IMG/VR virus record: IMGVR_UViG_3300001683_000028
Span: 3,891 to 67,890 of that record
Strand: one strand, 5' to 3'
Origin: a virus
DNA: 64,000 nucleotides
The stretch's first letter is position 1; each line of letters begins with the position of its first letter. The notes below the pieces were generated by a model. It was not told where the DNA came from. It saw only the letters and a list, made by a program, of their open reading frames with translations, and did no database searches. The translations under genes were made by a program, and so were the position numbers. Positions 1 to 9,142 of this stretch are shown here, one piece after another.

Positions 1-11
1 TTTATGAGTAT

Positions 12-455
12 TTGTGGAAGTCTATAAAAAGAAGGCTGGGAGCTTCGGATGAGAAGTTGAGCGTTCTTGAGAGAATGAGTTCAAATAATGTTTATTCTAG
101 TTTAATCTTAAAAGAAGTTTCAAAGCGTGGAACGAAGAGAATTAAAAGATCAATTGTTGGGGATATTACAAATAAAATGAATGATCTTAAGTGGAATATA
201 AAGAACTTTAAGAGACAGATTAAGAAAGATTCATCTGATAAAAAATACGAGCGATTACTCTTGCTTGATGAAGAAAAACTTGCCAAGCTTGAGCCGGAGC
301 TTATGTTGTTTGCGGATTGTGACGATAGACAGATTATCGCGAGTATGATTGATGCTGTCTCGCAAGAGAATTTGACGTGGTTAATTCCGGCCGCGTCAAA
401 GCATTATCACCTATCAAGGCGCATAGAGTCAAAGCTTGCGTCAAAAGATAATTAA
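12..455 (+). CDS. hypothetical protein, probably 5'-truncated by the window edge
   Basis: ORF at the window start on the same strand as all neighbours; no recognisable motif. Confidence 0.5.
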   Translation: MWKSIKRRLGASDEKLSVLERMSSNNVYSSLILKEVSKRGTKRIKRSIVGDITNKMNDLKWNIKNFKRQIKKDSSDKKYERLLLLDEEKLAKLEPELMLFADCDDRQIIASMIDAVSQENLTWLIPAASKHYHLSRRIESKLASKDN

Positions 456-469
456 AACGGAGGTCCGTT

Positions 470-661
470 ATGAGTATTGAGGGTCATGGAAATAATAAGT
501 ATGCAACGATTAAGGTTGTAGACACCAGGGATAACAGAACTTATGAGCATAAGAATGTCCCAATTGATCATGTAGAGATGATTAAGATGAATAAATCCTT
601 AAAGGTTGAGATTATAAGTACATCAAATTGGACGCATAGAGATAAGCGTCCGAGAGTATGA
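470..661 (+). CDS. small hypothetical protein
   Basis: GGAGG RBS upstream; stop overlaps the next start (ATGA). Confidence 0.6.
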   Translation: MSIEGHGNNKYATIKVVDTRDNRTYEHKNVPIDHVEMIKMNKSLKVEIISTSNWTHRDKRPRV

Positions 662-1260
662 GGTTAATTATAGTAATAATTATACTTTTATTCTCTTCTG
701 CGCCTAATGCAGAGATTCATATGAATCTCGATGATAAAGTTTTTTATAAAAGTAAGCCGATTAGCGTTAGTCATGACGGCGTAGACTTGAGCATAATGGT
801 TTATTACGAAAAGAGTATTTCGAATAAAAAAGCTTATTCAAAAGCCTTCGTAGAGAATGTTTCAAAACAAACTATGGAGCATCTATTTCCCTTTATGAAT
901 AACAAGGGATTAAAGAAAATGAGCTGCGGATTAAACCCTCAGAAGTTGAATATTTACGTAGTAAGTTGGAGAATATTAAATGATAGAAGTAGGTTTTCGA
1001 TCTTATCGCTAGAAAACGAGGGCATTGATAATAATTCACGCCTTGTAGGTTATTATGATCCAACGCATTACGATAGCAAAACTGATTCTATCATTCTTAC
1101 AAATATCTCTACGGCTAGAAATAATACTTTATTGGCACATGAGATATCTCATTACTTCTATAATAGGTTCTGTATTAAAACTCAAACTCTTCAAAATACT
1201 GAGCCTTTTGCGGCTGAATTTCAAAAGTATTACTTAAAACTAAGTGGTTTGAGATTATGA
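658..1260 (+). CDS. putative exported zincin-like metallopeptidase
   Basis: N-terminal signal-peptide-like segment (MRLIIVIIILLFSSAPNA); HEISH (HExxH) followed by a downstream E (TEPFA). Confidence 0.55.
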   Translation: MRLIIVIIILLFSSAPNAEIHMNLDDKVFYKSKPISVSHDGVDLSIMVYYEKSISNKKAYSKAFVENVSKQTMEHLFPFMNNKGLKKMSCGLNPQKLNIYVVSWRILNDRSRFSILSLENEGIDNNSRLVGYYDPTHYDSKTDSIILTNISTARNNTLLAHEISHYFYNRFCIKTQTLQNTEPFAAEFQKYYLKLSGLRL

Positions 1261-2342
1261 ATATAATTGATATATACAAGGGTGGGCTGGCGTTTGATGA
1301 TGTTCTTTTGGTTCCAAAGTTTACAAATATAAAGTCTAGGCTAGACCCCGATATATCAACCTCTGTTGCGGGGTATAGGTTAAGTTCTCCGATTATATCA
1401 AGTCCAATGGATACTATAACGGAATCTGATATGGCGATTTCCATTGGGAAGAGTGGGGGGATGGGAATAATCCATAGATTTATGAGTATTGATGATCATA
1501 TTTCTCAACTAAATAGGCTTTTGACCTTTAAGCATCTTAAGGATTATGATCAAGAAATACCAGTAGTTCTAACCGTTGGTGTTGGGGGCGATGCAGTATC
1601 CAGGTTTAAAAAAATCTGGAGAGAGTTTGATACAGAAATTGATTGTGTTCTTATAGACGTTGCTAATGGTTACTCTTCCATTGTGAGAGAGATGATTGAC
1701 CACATAAAGAACTTTACTAATGATGAGGCCAAAGTTATTGCCGGTAATGTAGCAGATGGAGAAGGCTATTCTTATTTGGCAGAAAGCGGAGCAGACGCAG
1801 TAAGAGTGGGGATAGGAGGGGGGTCCATTTGCAAAACAAAGATTATGACCGGCTTTGGCTTACCCACTCTAACATCAGTAGCTTCATGTCAAATTACTAG
1901 ACTTTCTAATTCAAGCTACAAGAATGTCTCTATAATTGCAGATGGAGGTATAAGATATCCAGGCGATTTAGTTAAAAGTATTGCGGCTGGAGCAGATGCA
2001 GTTATGGCAGGCGGAATATTCGCAGGAACAAGCGAAACGCCTGGGGATATAATTAGCATAAATGGTATAAGCAAAAAAGCTTATTATGGAATGGCAAGTA
2101 AGGAGCTTCAGGATAAAAAGAAAGGTGGAGTAAAAAAAGGAACATGCCCTGAGGGTGTGTCAACAATGGTTGTTTTAAAGGGGTTTTCTCAGAATGTAAT
2201 GGAAGAGTTCTCTGGAGGCCTTAGATCTGCTATGACATATGCTGGTGCGATGAGCTTAGAGACTCTGCGTGAAAAGGCTGATTTTACAAGAATTACAAAT
2301 GCGGGCTTATCTGAAGCTCATGCTTATGGAACGAGGAAATAA
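1257..2342 (+). CDS. IMPDH/GMP reductase family oxidoreductase (no CBS domains)
   Basis: [24 protein letters not shown] (catalytic Cys), IIADGGI, YYGMAS, PEG and [12 protein letters not shown] motifs. Confidence 0.9.
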   Translation: MNIIDIYKGGLAFDDVLLVPKFTNIKSRLDPDISTSVAGYRLSSPIISSPMDTITESDMAISIGKSGGMGIIHRFMSIDDHISQLNRLLTFKHLKDYDQEIPVVLTVGVGGDAVSRFKKIWREFDTEIDCVLIDVANGYSSIVREMIDHIKNFTNDEAKVIAGNVADGEGYSYLAESGADAVRVGIGGGSICKTKIMTGFGLPTLTSVASCQITRLSNSSYKNVSIIADGGIRYPGDLVKSIAAGADAVMAGGIFAGTSETPGDIISINGISKKAYYGMASKELQDKKKGGVKKGTCPEGVSTMVVLKGFSQNVMEEFSGGLRSAMTYAGAMSLETLREKADFTRITNAGLSEAHAYGTRK

Positions 2343-2638
2343 TGAGTGAAAATACCATAGAAGAAGTATTGCAAAGATTGTCCGAGATAGAAAAGAAGAT
2401 AGATATAATGGCCGAATCTGTTGGAGAGATATCAAAAATAACAGAGTCATTTGCTTCGGCAGAGGATGTAGTCTCTCTTAAAGAGGCTGAAAAAGCAAGA
2501 GAATTTATAGGAAGCTTTGTTTCTGATGATGCTGGAGGTCTTGAGGGAATGCTGGATTCGTTTAAGAACCTTAGAAGTAGAATGTCAGATTTAAGTGAAA
2601 GAATTTCTGATGTAGATGACACGGAAAATGAAGATTAA
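2342..2638 (+). CDS. hypothetical coiled-coil protein
   Basis: ORF translationally coupled to the upstream gene; heptad-like composition. Confidence 0.6.
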   Translation: MSENTIEEVLQRLSEIEKKIDIMAESVGEISKITESFASAEDVVSLKEAEKAREFIGSFVSDDAGGLEGMLDSFKNLRSRMSDLSERISDVDDTENED

Positions 2639-2788
2639 TATATAGCATACTTTGATGGCGTATTATCTTTGATTTATAATAAAAAAAATATTTTTGCTAT
2701 ATGGTAATGCCACCGTAGGGCGAATAGGTATCGGGCTTATCGCTTTAATAATTGTTCCCGATTTTAATTGAACCCATGAGGGAAAAGA

Positions 2789-3865
2789 ATGAATATTGAG
2801 CAAACAAAAAATATCCTAAAAAACATGCCATCAGACAAGTCTGTAATGCTCCATGCAAAGCATGGCGTTGGCAAGTCATCAGTTGTAAAGCAAGTTTCTG
2901 AGGAGATGGCAGAAGAGCTTAAGTGCGATGTTGGTTTTTGGGATGTGAGGCTTTCTCAGTGTGAGGTTGGAGATATTAAAGGTATGCCTCATCTTGACGT
3001 TGAGAACGGTGTTACAAGGTTCTTAAAGCAAGAGTGGTGGCCGACAGATGAAAATAGTCATGGCATTTTATTCTTTGATGAATTAAATCGAGCGTCGAAA
3101 GACGTTCTTCAGGCTGTTTTTGAAATTTGTTTAGACAGAAGGCTTGATGGTAAAAAGCTGCCAGATGGCTGGCGAGTTGTTGCGGCGGTTAACTCTGATG
3201 ATGATTATGATGTAGTGGAGCTTGATCCAGCATTACACGACAGGTGGTTTCATGTTGACTTTGACCCCACCCCAATTGAGTGGATGGATTGGGCGAGGAA
3301 TAATGATGTTGAGCCCGCCTGTGTTGAATTTATAAATAGAAATCAAAATCTTTTAGATCCTCCAGTTGGAAATCTTGAAGCAGGAAGGACATATCCCTCC
3401 AGAAGGAGTTGGGTTGCATTTTCTGATACCCTGAAGGGAATGTCTCTTATTGACAATCCAGACGATGGAATGTTAACGCAAGTTGCAAAAGGTTGGGTTG
3501 GCAGAGAAATCGCAGTAATGTTCCAAAAGTTTGTTACTAATGAGTTTTCTCAATTAAGGCCAGAAGATGTCCTTGATAATTTTGAGAAGATGAAGGGGAA
3601 AGTTGAATCAGCCTGCAATGATATTGAGGTTATTGCGGCTCTTGCAAGGTCTGTTGTTGCGGAGGTTAATAGAAGGAGCTTGACCAAGACAAAGGATAAG
3701 CAAAGAAATGCTCTTCGCAACTTTTTTATGATGCTTCCAAATGATGTAGCTTCACAGGCATGGGTATCTCTTTTGGGCGGCCCTAAGTCAAAAAAGATTG
3801 TTATGGAATGGCAGAATGATGAAGATTTTAGAGATCACTTAAAGCAGATTTATCTCTCTAACTAA
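2789..3865 (+). CDS. MoxR-like AAA+ ATPase
   Basis: Walker A HGVGKS, Walker B FFDELNRA, LDPALHDRW, PSRRSW; adjacent to a VWA partner. Confidence 0.9.
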   Translation: MNIEQTKNILKNMPSDKSVMLHAKHGVGKSSVVKQVSEEMAEELKCDVGFWDVRLSQCEVGDIKGMPHLDVENGVTRFLKQEWWPTDENSHGILFFDELNRASKDVLQAVFEICLDRRLDGKKLPDGWRVVAAVNSDDDYDVVELDPALHDRWFHVDFDPTPIEWMDWARNNDVEPACVEFINRNQNLLDPPVGNLEAGRTYPSRRSWVAFSDTLKGMSLIDNPDDGMLTQVAKGWVGREIAVMFQKFVTNEFSQLRPEDVLDNFEKMKGKVESACNDIEVIAALARSVVAEVNRRSLTKTKDKQRNALRNFFMMLPNDVASQAWVSLLGGPKSKKIVMEWQNDEDFRDHLKQIYLSN

Positions 3866-3884
3866 AGCAACAAACACCCCTATT

Positions 3885-3915
3885 GTCCCAATAGATTAGG
3901 AAAATCTATTGGGAC
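3885..3915. promoter_or_regulatory. perfect 13-bp inverted repeat (stem-loop) between the MoxR and VWA genes
   Basis: GTCCCAATAGATT-aggaa-AATCTATTGGGAC; only a short T run follows. Confidence 0.6.
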
Positions 3916-3942
3916 TTTATAATGAAACATCAGAGGAATTTA

Positions 3943-5085
3943 ATGGCTAATTCAAGAATCAAGCAAAAATTAGAATCAGCTATATCAAAGCTGGTATGCT
4001 TTCAGCCACTTTACGGTGAAGTCTTTTTGCATCTAAACAAGAGAGTTGCAAATAATATGCCGACAATGGCGGTTGGAGTTATTAGGAGGGTTGACCTAGC
4101 ATTATTTTATAATGAAGAATTCATTGATGAGCTTTCATCATCAGAGCTTAGGGCAGTATTGAAGCATGAAGCTTTGCATATTTTGCTGCATCACCTGACT
4201 AGATCTAAGCACTTTGGATATAATCCTCGCGGCTATAACATCTCTGCTGATCTTGCGATCAATTGTCATATAGAGGGACTGCCTGATGGTGCCTTGTTCC
4301 CTAAAGCATTTGATTTAGATGATAATGAATCTGCTGAATTTTATTATGAAAAATTAAAAAAGGAAGCTGACGATAAGGGCACAGATTATGATGGACTTAT
4401 TGAGGGTAAGGGCGATACGGTAGATGACCACTCAAAGTGGGAAGACTTTGATGATGATATTATCGAAGAAAAGGTGAGAGGCATCGCTGAAAAGGCGATT
4501 AAAGAGCAGGAGAAAAAGGGTTGGGGAAATATTCCTGGGAATCTTGCATCACAGATTATTGCAGCAAACAAGCCAAAGGTTAATTGGAAGAAGGAAGTTA
4601 GATACTTTATAAACAAGCTAGTAATGATGGGGAGAAAAAATACTAGGATGCGTCCAAATCGTAGATATGGAATTACAAATCCAGGTACAAAGAGGAATTA
4701 TACAAGCAGACTTTTGGTGGCATTCGACACGTCTGGGTCGGTATCTGACGAAGAGCTTTCATATTTTGCAACGGAGTTGAATGGCATGATAGAGCATGTT
4801 CACGCAGACTTTGTTCAGTTTGATACGATATTGCAAACTGAGCCAAAGCCTTATAATAAAAAGGCTGGGAAGAAAGTTGATATAGTCGGACGAGGTGGGA
4901 CAAACTTTTATCCGGTTATAGATCTTGCTGAAGAAAAGAAGTATGATGGCTTAGTTATCTTTACTGATGGCGAGGCTTCATTCCCGCCAAAGCCAAAGTA
5001 TAGAATGCTTTGGGCAGTATGTGAAAATCAGTCAAGTATTCAGTTTCCATACGGCAAGAAAGTTGTGATTGAGGCGAGAAAATAA
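3943..5085 (+). CDS. DUF2201-type metallopeptidase with C-terminal VWA domain (MoxR partner)
   Basis: HEALH zincin motif, DLAIN, DDHSKW, MIDAS DTSGS, GGT and TDG; start chosen at ATG 3943 behind GAGGA. Confidence 0.85.
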   Translation: MANSRIKQKLESAISKLVCFQPLYGEVFLHLNKRVANNMPTMAVGVIRRVDLALFYNEEFIDELSSSELRAVLKHEALHILLHHLTRSKHFGYNPRGYNISADLAINCHIEGLPDGALFPKAFDLDDNESAEFYYEKLKKEADDKGTDYDGLIEGKGDTVDDHSKWEDFDDDIIEEKVRGIAEKAIKEQEKKGWGNIPGNLASQIIAANKPKVNWKKEVRYFINKLVMMGRKNTRMRPNRRYGITNPGTKRNYTSRLLVAFDTSGSVSDEELSYFATELNGMIEHVHADFVQFDTILQTEPKPYNKKAGKKVDIVGRGGTNFYPVIDLAEEKKYDGLVIFTDGEASFPPKPKYRMLWAVCENQSSIQFPYGKKVVIEARK

Positions 5086-5116
5086 AATACTTTATAATAT
5101 AAAGTGATGATAGTAT

Positions 5117-5151
5117 AATAGGGCGATGGGCAAACCCCTTCGCCCTATTTT
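5117..5151 (+). terminator. rho-independent terminator-like hairpin
   Basis: AATAGGGCGA...TCGCCCTATT stem ending in a T run, downstream of the VWA gene. Confidence 0.6.
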
Positions 5152-5164
5152 CGTTAGAGGGTTT

Positions 5165-6373
5165 ATGATATTTACTTATAATAAGACACATAGCAAGCTA
5201 TCTACAATAGTTGTCTCATTTCGTGCAGGCTCTAGAGTCGAAGATATTGATGGCTTTAGCCCTGGAATAGCTCACATGCTAGAGCACTGTATATTTAAGG
5301 GCACTAAAAGCAGAGAATCTCTTCAAATACAGAGGGATATAGCATTCTTGGGTGGAGATATTAATGCGTACACTTCCCATGAAATGGTTGCATATCATAT
5401 AACCGTTCCATTTGAAAACTTAGACCAAGCGATGGAAGTTCTATCAGATATAGTCTTTCAATCTATAATCCCAGAGGAAGAGTTTCTTAAGGAGAAAGAG
5501 GTCGTAAAGGAAGAGGAGCTTTCTAGATTAGATTCAGTAGGCTCATTTATATGGAATGAATTTTCAAAAGAGTTTTTTTCTAATTATATAGCGAAGCCTG
5601 TAATTGGAACTCAGTCTAGTATAGAAAAATTTACAGCAAAAGAAGTAAGAGATTTTTACGAAAAGTATTGTACAAAATCTGATGCAGTTGTTTCTATCTG
5701 TACAAATCTTACAAAAAAGAATACTAAGGATCTTTTTACGAAGCATTTTGGAAAGAACACAGGGAAGATTAGAAGCTTGGGAAGATTCGGGGACTCTAAC
5801 TATAAAGACTCAAGAAAAAGAGTTATTTATAGGCAGGGAATAGAGCAGACTTATGTTTGGGTGGGGACTCCTGGGGTTAACTCCGGTTCAATGTTTGAGC
5901 CTTCAATAAAGGTAATGTCAACAATTCTTGGGTCCGGAATGGATAGCAGGCTTTTTACTGAAGTTAGGGAGAATAGGGGGCTGGCATATAGTGTTTCATC
6001 TTCTTCAAATGAGTGGGATAATGGCGGTCTAATGCTCATAACATCTTCAACGAGAGATGAGAATGTGCCAGAAATGCTGGAAGTAATTAACTCCGAAGTT
6101 GATAAAATAAAGAGGGAGCTAGTTACTGAAGAAGAGCTTCAGCGAGCTAAGAATAAAATAAGGACATCATTTTACTCTCTAATAGAAAGCTCTTATGGAA
6201 TTGCAATTCGCTCATCAAAAGAAAAGCTATTTAATAAAATGCCTCTTGGCAGATACATTGAAGAGTTAAATTCAGTAACAATAGATGATATAAATAGTGC
6301 TGCAAATATAGTATTTGATGATAGCAAGAAGCTCACTATGATTTGTAAAAAGGATTCTGGAAATGAGAATTGA
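5165..6373 (+). CDS. M16 family (pitrilysin/insulinase-like) zinc peptidase
   Basis: HMLEH inverted zincin, NAYTS, VKEE, SRLFTEVRENRGLAY; start moved to ATG 5165 after AGAGGG because ATG 5126 lies inside the hairpin. Confidence 0.9.
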   Translation: MIFTYNKTHSKLSTIVVSFRAGSRVEDIDGFSPGIAHMLEHCIFKGTKSRESLQIQRDIAFLGGDINAYTSHEMVAYHITVPFENLDQAMEVLSDIVFQSIIPEEEFLKEKEVVKEEELSRLDSVGSFIWNEFSKEFFSNYIAKPVIGTQSSIEKFTAKEVRDFYEKYCTKSDAVVSICTNLTKKNTKDLFTKHFGKNTGKIRSLGRFGDSNYKDSRKRVIYRQGIEQTYVWVGTPGVNSGSMFEPSIKVMSTILGSGMDSRLFTEVRENRGLAYSVSSSSNEWDNGGLMLITSSTRDENVPEMLEVINSEVDKIKRELVTEEELQRAKNKIRTSFYSLIESSYGIAIRSSKEKLFNKMPLGRYIEELNSVTIDDINSAANIVFDDSKKLTMICKKDSGNEN

Positions 6374-7343
6374 AATAAATGGTACGGTTAGAGATATTGC
6401 AAACTCAGCATGGATATCAACAATTGATGACGTAAGCGCAAAAAGCAGAAGTGACGAAGAGGTTGATAGAGTAACGACATTTCTAGCAAAGAATTTTCAT
6501 ACTTCGCCATTTGAATGCATTAGCATGACCTACTTCTGGCTTGGTGTAGCTCCAGATGGGATTACAGACCTGCTTAAATCAAAGTATACAAGAAGCTATT
6601 TGGCTAGTAATGGTAATGAGGAAAGCCATTTAACTATTGATCTTTGGAACTTTATAAAGATAAGTGCAGAGGCAAGAGCTGAGAACTTTTATGAAACAAT
6701 CGTGTGGAAGTTGTTTAGAGAATTTGACCCTCGGCTGGCGAGCAAGGCTGGAATGTTCGACTTTTCCCTGCAAAAGTTTTACAAAACTCCCGATGCTAGT
6801 GAGTCTCTGGGTGATACCAATATGAGGGTTGAACTAATATCTGTTCATAACACCGGAGATAGACTTACGAGTAGGGCGACATGGAGAATTAAATGTCCTC
6901 TTTCTATTGCCACCCAAATATTGAGACATAGAACGGGAAGCTTTAATCAGGTTTCTGGCAGATATAGAACTGTAAAAAATGAATTTATTGCTAACTTCAG
7001 CGATATATCTGAAATCTTAAATAAGATTGCTGGCAATAATTATTATTCGGAATATATGAATACAATTCTTTCGAACATAACTAAGTACGAAGAGTTGATG
7101 CTTCTTGCGAAAGATGGTAAGCGAAACGAAGTCATTAGCAACGAAGAGTATAAGCGAATAAGAGAGGTTGCTCGATACATTCTTCCGGAAGGGAGGATGA
7201 CCGAACTATATGTTACGTTTTATCTAAATGATTTTGACAGGTACCTCTTGTTAAGGGACTCTTTGCATGCTCAAGTAGAACATATTTGGGTTGCACAAAT
7301 GATGAAGAAAGAGCTTAATAAAGAGCTTGATAATAATAAGTAA
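6363..7343 (+). CDS. thyX: FAD-dependent thymidylate synthase ThyX
   Basis: HTSPFE, RHRTGSFNQVSGRY (RHRx7SxR signature), REVARYILP. Confidence 0.88.
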   Translation: MRIEINGTVRDIANSAWISTIDDVSAKSRSDEEVDRVTTFLAKNFHTSPFECISMTYFWLGVAPDGITDLLKSKYTRSYLASNGNEESHLTIDLWNFIKISAEARAENFYETIVWKLFREFDPRLASKAGMFDFSLQKFYKTPDASESLGDTNMRVELISVHNTGDRLTSRATWRIKCPLSIATQILRHRTGSFNQVSGRYRTVKNEFIANFSDISEILNKIAGNNYYSEYMNTILSNITKYEELMLLAKDGKRNEVISNEEYKRIREVARYILPEGRMTELYVTFYLNDFDRYLLLRDSLHAQVEHIWVAQMMKKELNKELDNNK

Positions 7344-7397
7344 AATAAAGTTTAATATTTATATTTTTTTGCAGTATTATATTTTCAATAAAGCTAT

Positions 7398-7727
7398 TTG
7401 GAGTTGAAAATATTGTTTGATTTATTTGTTAGTGTTATGGCTTCAGTTGGATTGACGCTAATAATTACAGAAAGTTTTATACTTGAGTCTTTAAGAGGTT
7501 ATATTTTAAAAGCCTCAAAAAAAGCAGGATACCTAGTCGGGTGTCCCATGTGCATGGGCGTATGGGTGGGAGGCTTGGTTGCCATTGCGTATAATTTAGA
7601 TGTATTTATACTGGCAATGCTAACTAGCTTATGCAGTTTTATGTTTATGAGCATTATAAATACCATGAGTTACTTATCAGATTTTTTATTTTCAAAGACA
7701 GAAGAGGTGGATTCATTAGATGAGTAA
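7398..7727 (+). CDS. small membrane protein, DUF1360-like
   Basis: Hydrophobic helices with a CPMCMGVW motif. Confidence 0.6.
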   Translation: MELKILFDLFVSVMASVGLTLIITESFILESLRGYILKASKKAGYLVGCPMCMGVWVGGLVAIAYNLDVFILAMLTSLCSFMFMSIINTMSYLSDFLFSKTEEVDSLDE

Positions 7728-8268
7728 GCTTAATGAGAAGCAAAATGTAGGAAGAGTATCAATATCAGGTAGGATAATTGACTTGCTATGGATGGATGAT
7801 GAGTTCTATAGAGAAGTATCTTCTTTAAAAAAGGCATCTTCATCGAATAAGTTTCCAAGAACAGATCAGTGGTGTGATGGTGATGGATTCCACATGGCCT
7901 TTGCTCTCGCCGGATATTCGATTGATGACATAGAGATATGCTTTAGTGGTAATGAGCTTATTATAACTGGGTCTGGAAGTAAAATGTCTAATAATAATTT
8001 TGACTCAGAAGACGAGATTGATAGCAATAAAAATACTTCGGCTGACAACAACAATGATGATGATTATCCGCAAAGAAGCAAGAATAAGCAAATACAGCAG
8101 GGCTTTATACTTAGGGGGATAGCTAGGAGAAGTTTTCGAGCGAAATATTATATAAGCCCTAATTTTGAATTGAGCATGGCTCACGCAACGATGAAGGATG
8201 GATTGTTAGAGGTTATTATTCCGCAATCTAATAATAATGATTTCTCTAAGATAGAGGTCAATAAATGA
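7720..8268 (+). CDS. small heat shock protein (Hsp20/IbpA-like)
   Basis: FPRTD..FALAGYSIDDIEI..LIITG..RGIARRSF..MKDGLLEVIIP alpha-crystallin pattern with an acidic insertion. Confidence 0.85.
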   Translation: MSKLNEKQNVGRVSISGRIIDLLWMDDEFYREVSSLKKASSSNKFPRTDQWCDGDGFHMAFALAGYSIDDIEICFSGNELIITGSGSKMSNNNFDSEDEIDSNKNTSADNNNDDDYPQRSKNKQIQQGFILRGIARRSFRAKYYISPNFELSMAHATMKDGLLEVIIPQSNNNDFSKIEVNK

Positions 8269-8302
8269 TATATTTAAATTTTGCAAAAGAAAGTAATTTA
8301 AA

Positions 8303-8551
8303 ATGGAAAAGTTAAAAGAGTTAACAACAACGATTGTTAAGAGTATAGTTGACGATGAGAGCGGGGTTACGGTAGAGCTTACCGAGTCGGAGAAAGGTCC
8401 TCTTTTAGAAATTAGGGTTTCAAAAGATGATGTGGGCAAGGTAATAGGAAAGCAGGGCAGAATAGCTACTGCCATTAGAACGGTTGTGAAAGCTGCGGCT
8501 GCTAAGGCTGGCAAAAAAGTTTTGTTAAATGTGTTTAATAAGCCCGCTTAA
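8303..8551 (+). CDS. khpA: KH-domain RNA-binding protein (KhpA-like)
   Basis: IVKSIVDD..V..DDVGKVIGKQGRIATAIRTVV, typical of single-KH KhpA with a GxxG loop. Confidence 0.85.
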   Translation: MEKLKELTTTIVKSIVDDESGVTVELTESEKGPLLEIRVSKDDVGKVIGKQGRIATAIRTVVKAAAAKAGKKVLLNVFNKPA

Positions 8552-8565
8552 TTAGGTTCTATAAA

Positions 8566-8775
8566 ATGCTAAAAGATTCAAGTGCTAGTTTAGATGCTAT
8601 AAAGAAAAAAATAGCAAAGCTATATGAAAATTTTGGTATTGAAATTGATATAAATTATGAAGAGAATATAGATAGAATAGTTGATTATTATGTTAAAAAT
8701 CCAGATGAGCTAAATAAAGATATTAAGAAGTCGAATAAGAATAGGGAGCTGATAAAGGATGAGGATATTCTTTAA
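8566..8775 (+). CDS. hypothetical protein
   Basis: Compact ORF in the gene string. Confidence 0.55.
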   Translation: MLKDSSASLDAIKKKIAKLYENFGIEIDINYEENIDRIVDYYVKNPDELNKDIKKSNKNRELIKDEDIL

Positions 8776-8793
8776 TATCATATAGGTAAAATA

Positions 8794-8803
8794 CTATTAA
8801 TAA
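8794..8803 (+). promoter_or_regulatory. YTAYTAATW motif (candidate phage late promoter)
   Basis: CTATTAATAA upstream of the HU and fibre genes; the motif recurs in about 10 intergenic gaps. Confidence 0.55.
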
Positions 8804-8857
8804 TCAATATTATTATGCACACGCGTGTACGCATAGATGTAGAAATGGATTTTAAGA

Positions 8858-9142
8858 ATGATTAATAAAAAAGGACTTGCAGGGAAAATAGCGGGCAAGA
8901 CTTGCATAACAAAGAAAGAGGCTATACAAGTAGTCGACTTACTATTTGAAGAGATAGTAGAAGAATTAGAGAGCGGCGGGGAGGTTTCGATAGTGGGCTT
9001 TGGAAAGTTTTACCTCTACCAGCATAGCCCCAGGCCCGTTAGAAATCCAAAAACTCAAGAAGAAATGATTCTAAAACCTTATAGGTCGGTAAAATTTAAG
9101 GTTAGTGACAAGCTAAAAAAGCATTTTAAGGGAGTAGGGTAA
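8858..9142 (+). CDS. hup: HU/IHF family DNA-binding protein
   Basis: NKKGL..IA..VSIVGFGKF..RNPKTQEEM..VKFKVSDKLK. Confidence 0.92.
   Translation: MINKKGLAGKIAGKTCITKKEAIQVVDLLFEEIVEELESGGEVSIVGFGKFYLYQHSPRPVRNPKTQEEMILKPYRSVKFKVSDKLKKHFKGVG

Noticed and set aside
2639-2788. tRNA or structured ncRNA in the larger intergenic gaps (also 28398-28500 and 63187-63316)
   Set aside because: Only short imperfect stems; no cloverleaf, T-loop or recognisable riboswitch by eye.
5126-5164. N-terminal extensions given by the ORF track (5126; likewise 3922, 14363, 33115, 59901)
   Set aside because: They run through hairpins or upstream genes; downstream ATGs with better RBS or coupling were chosen.
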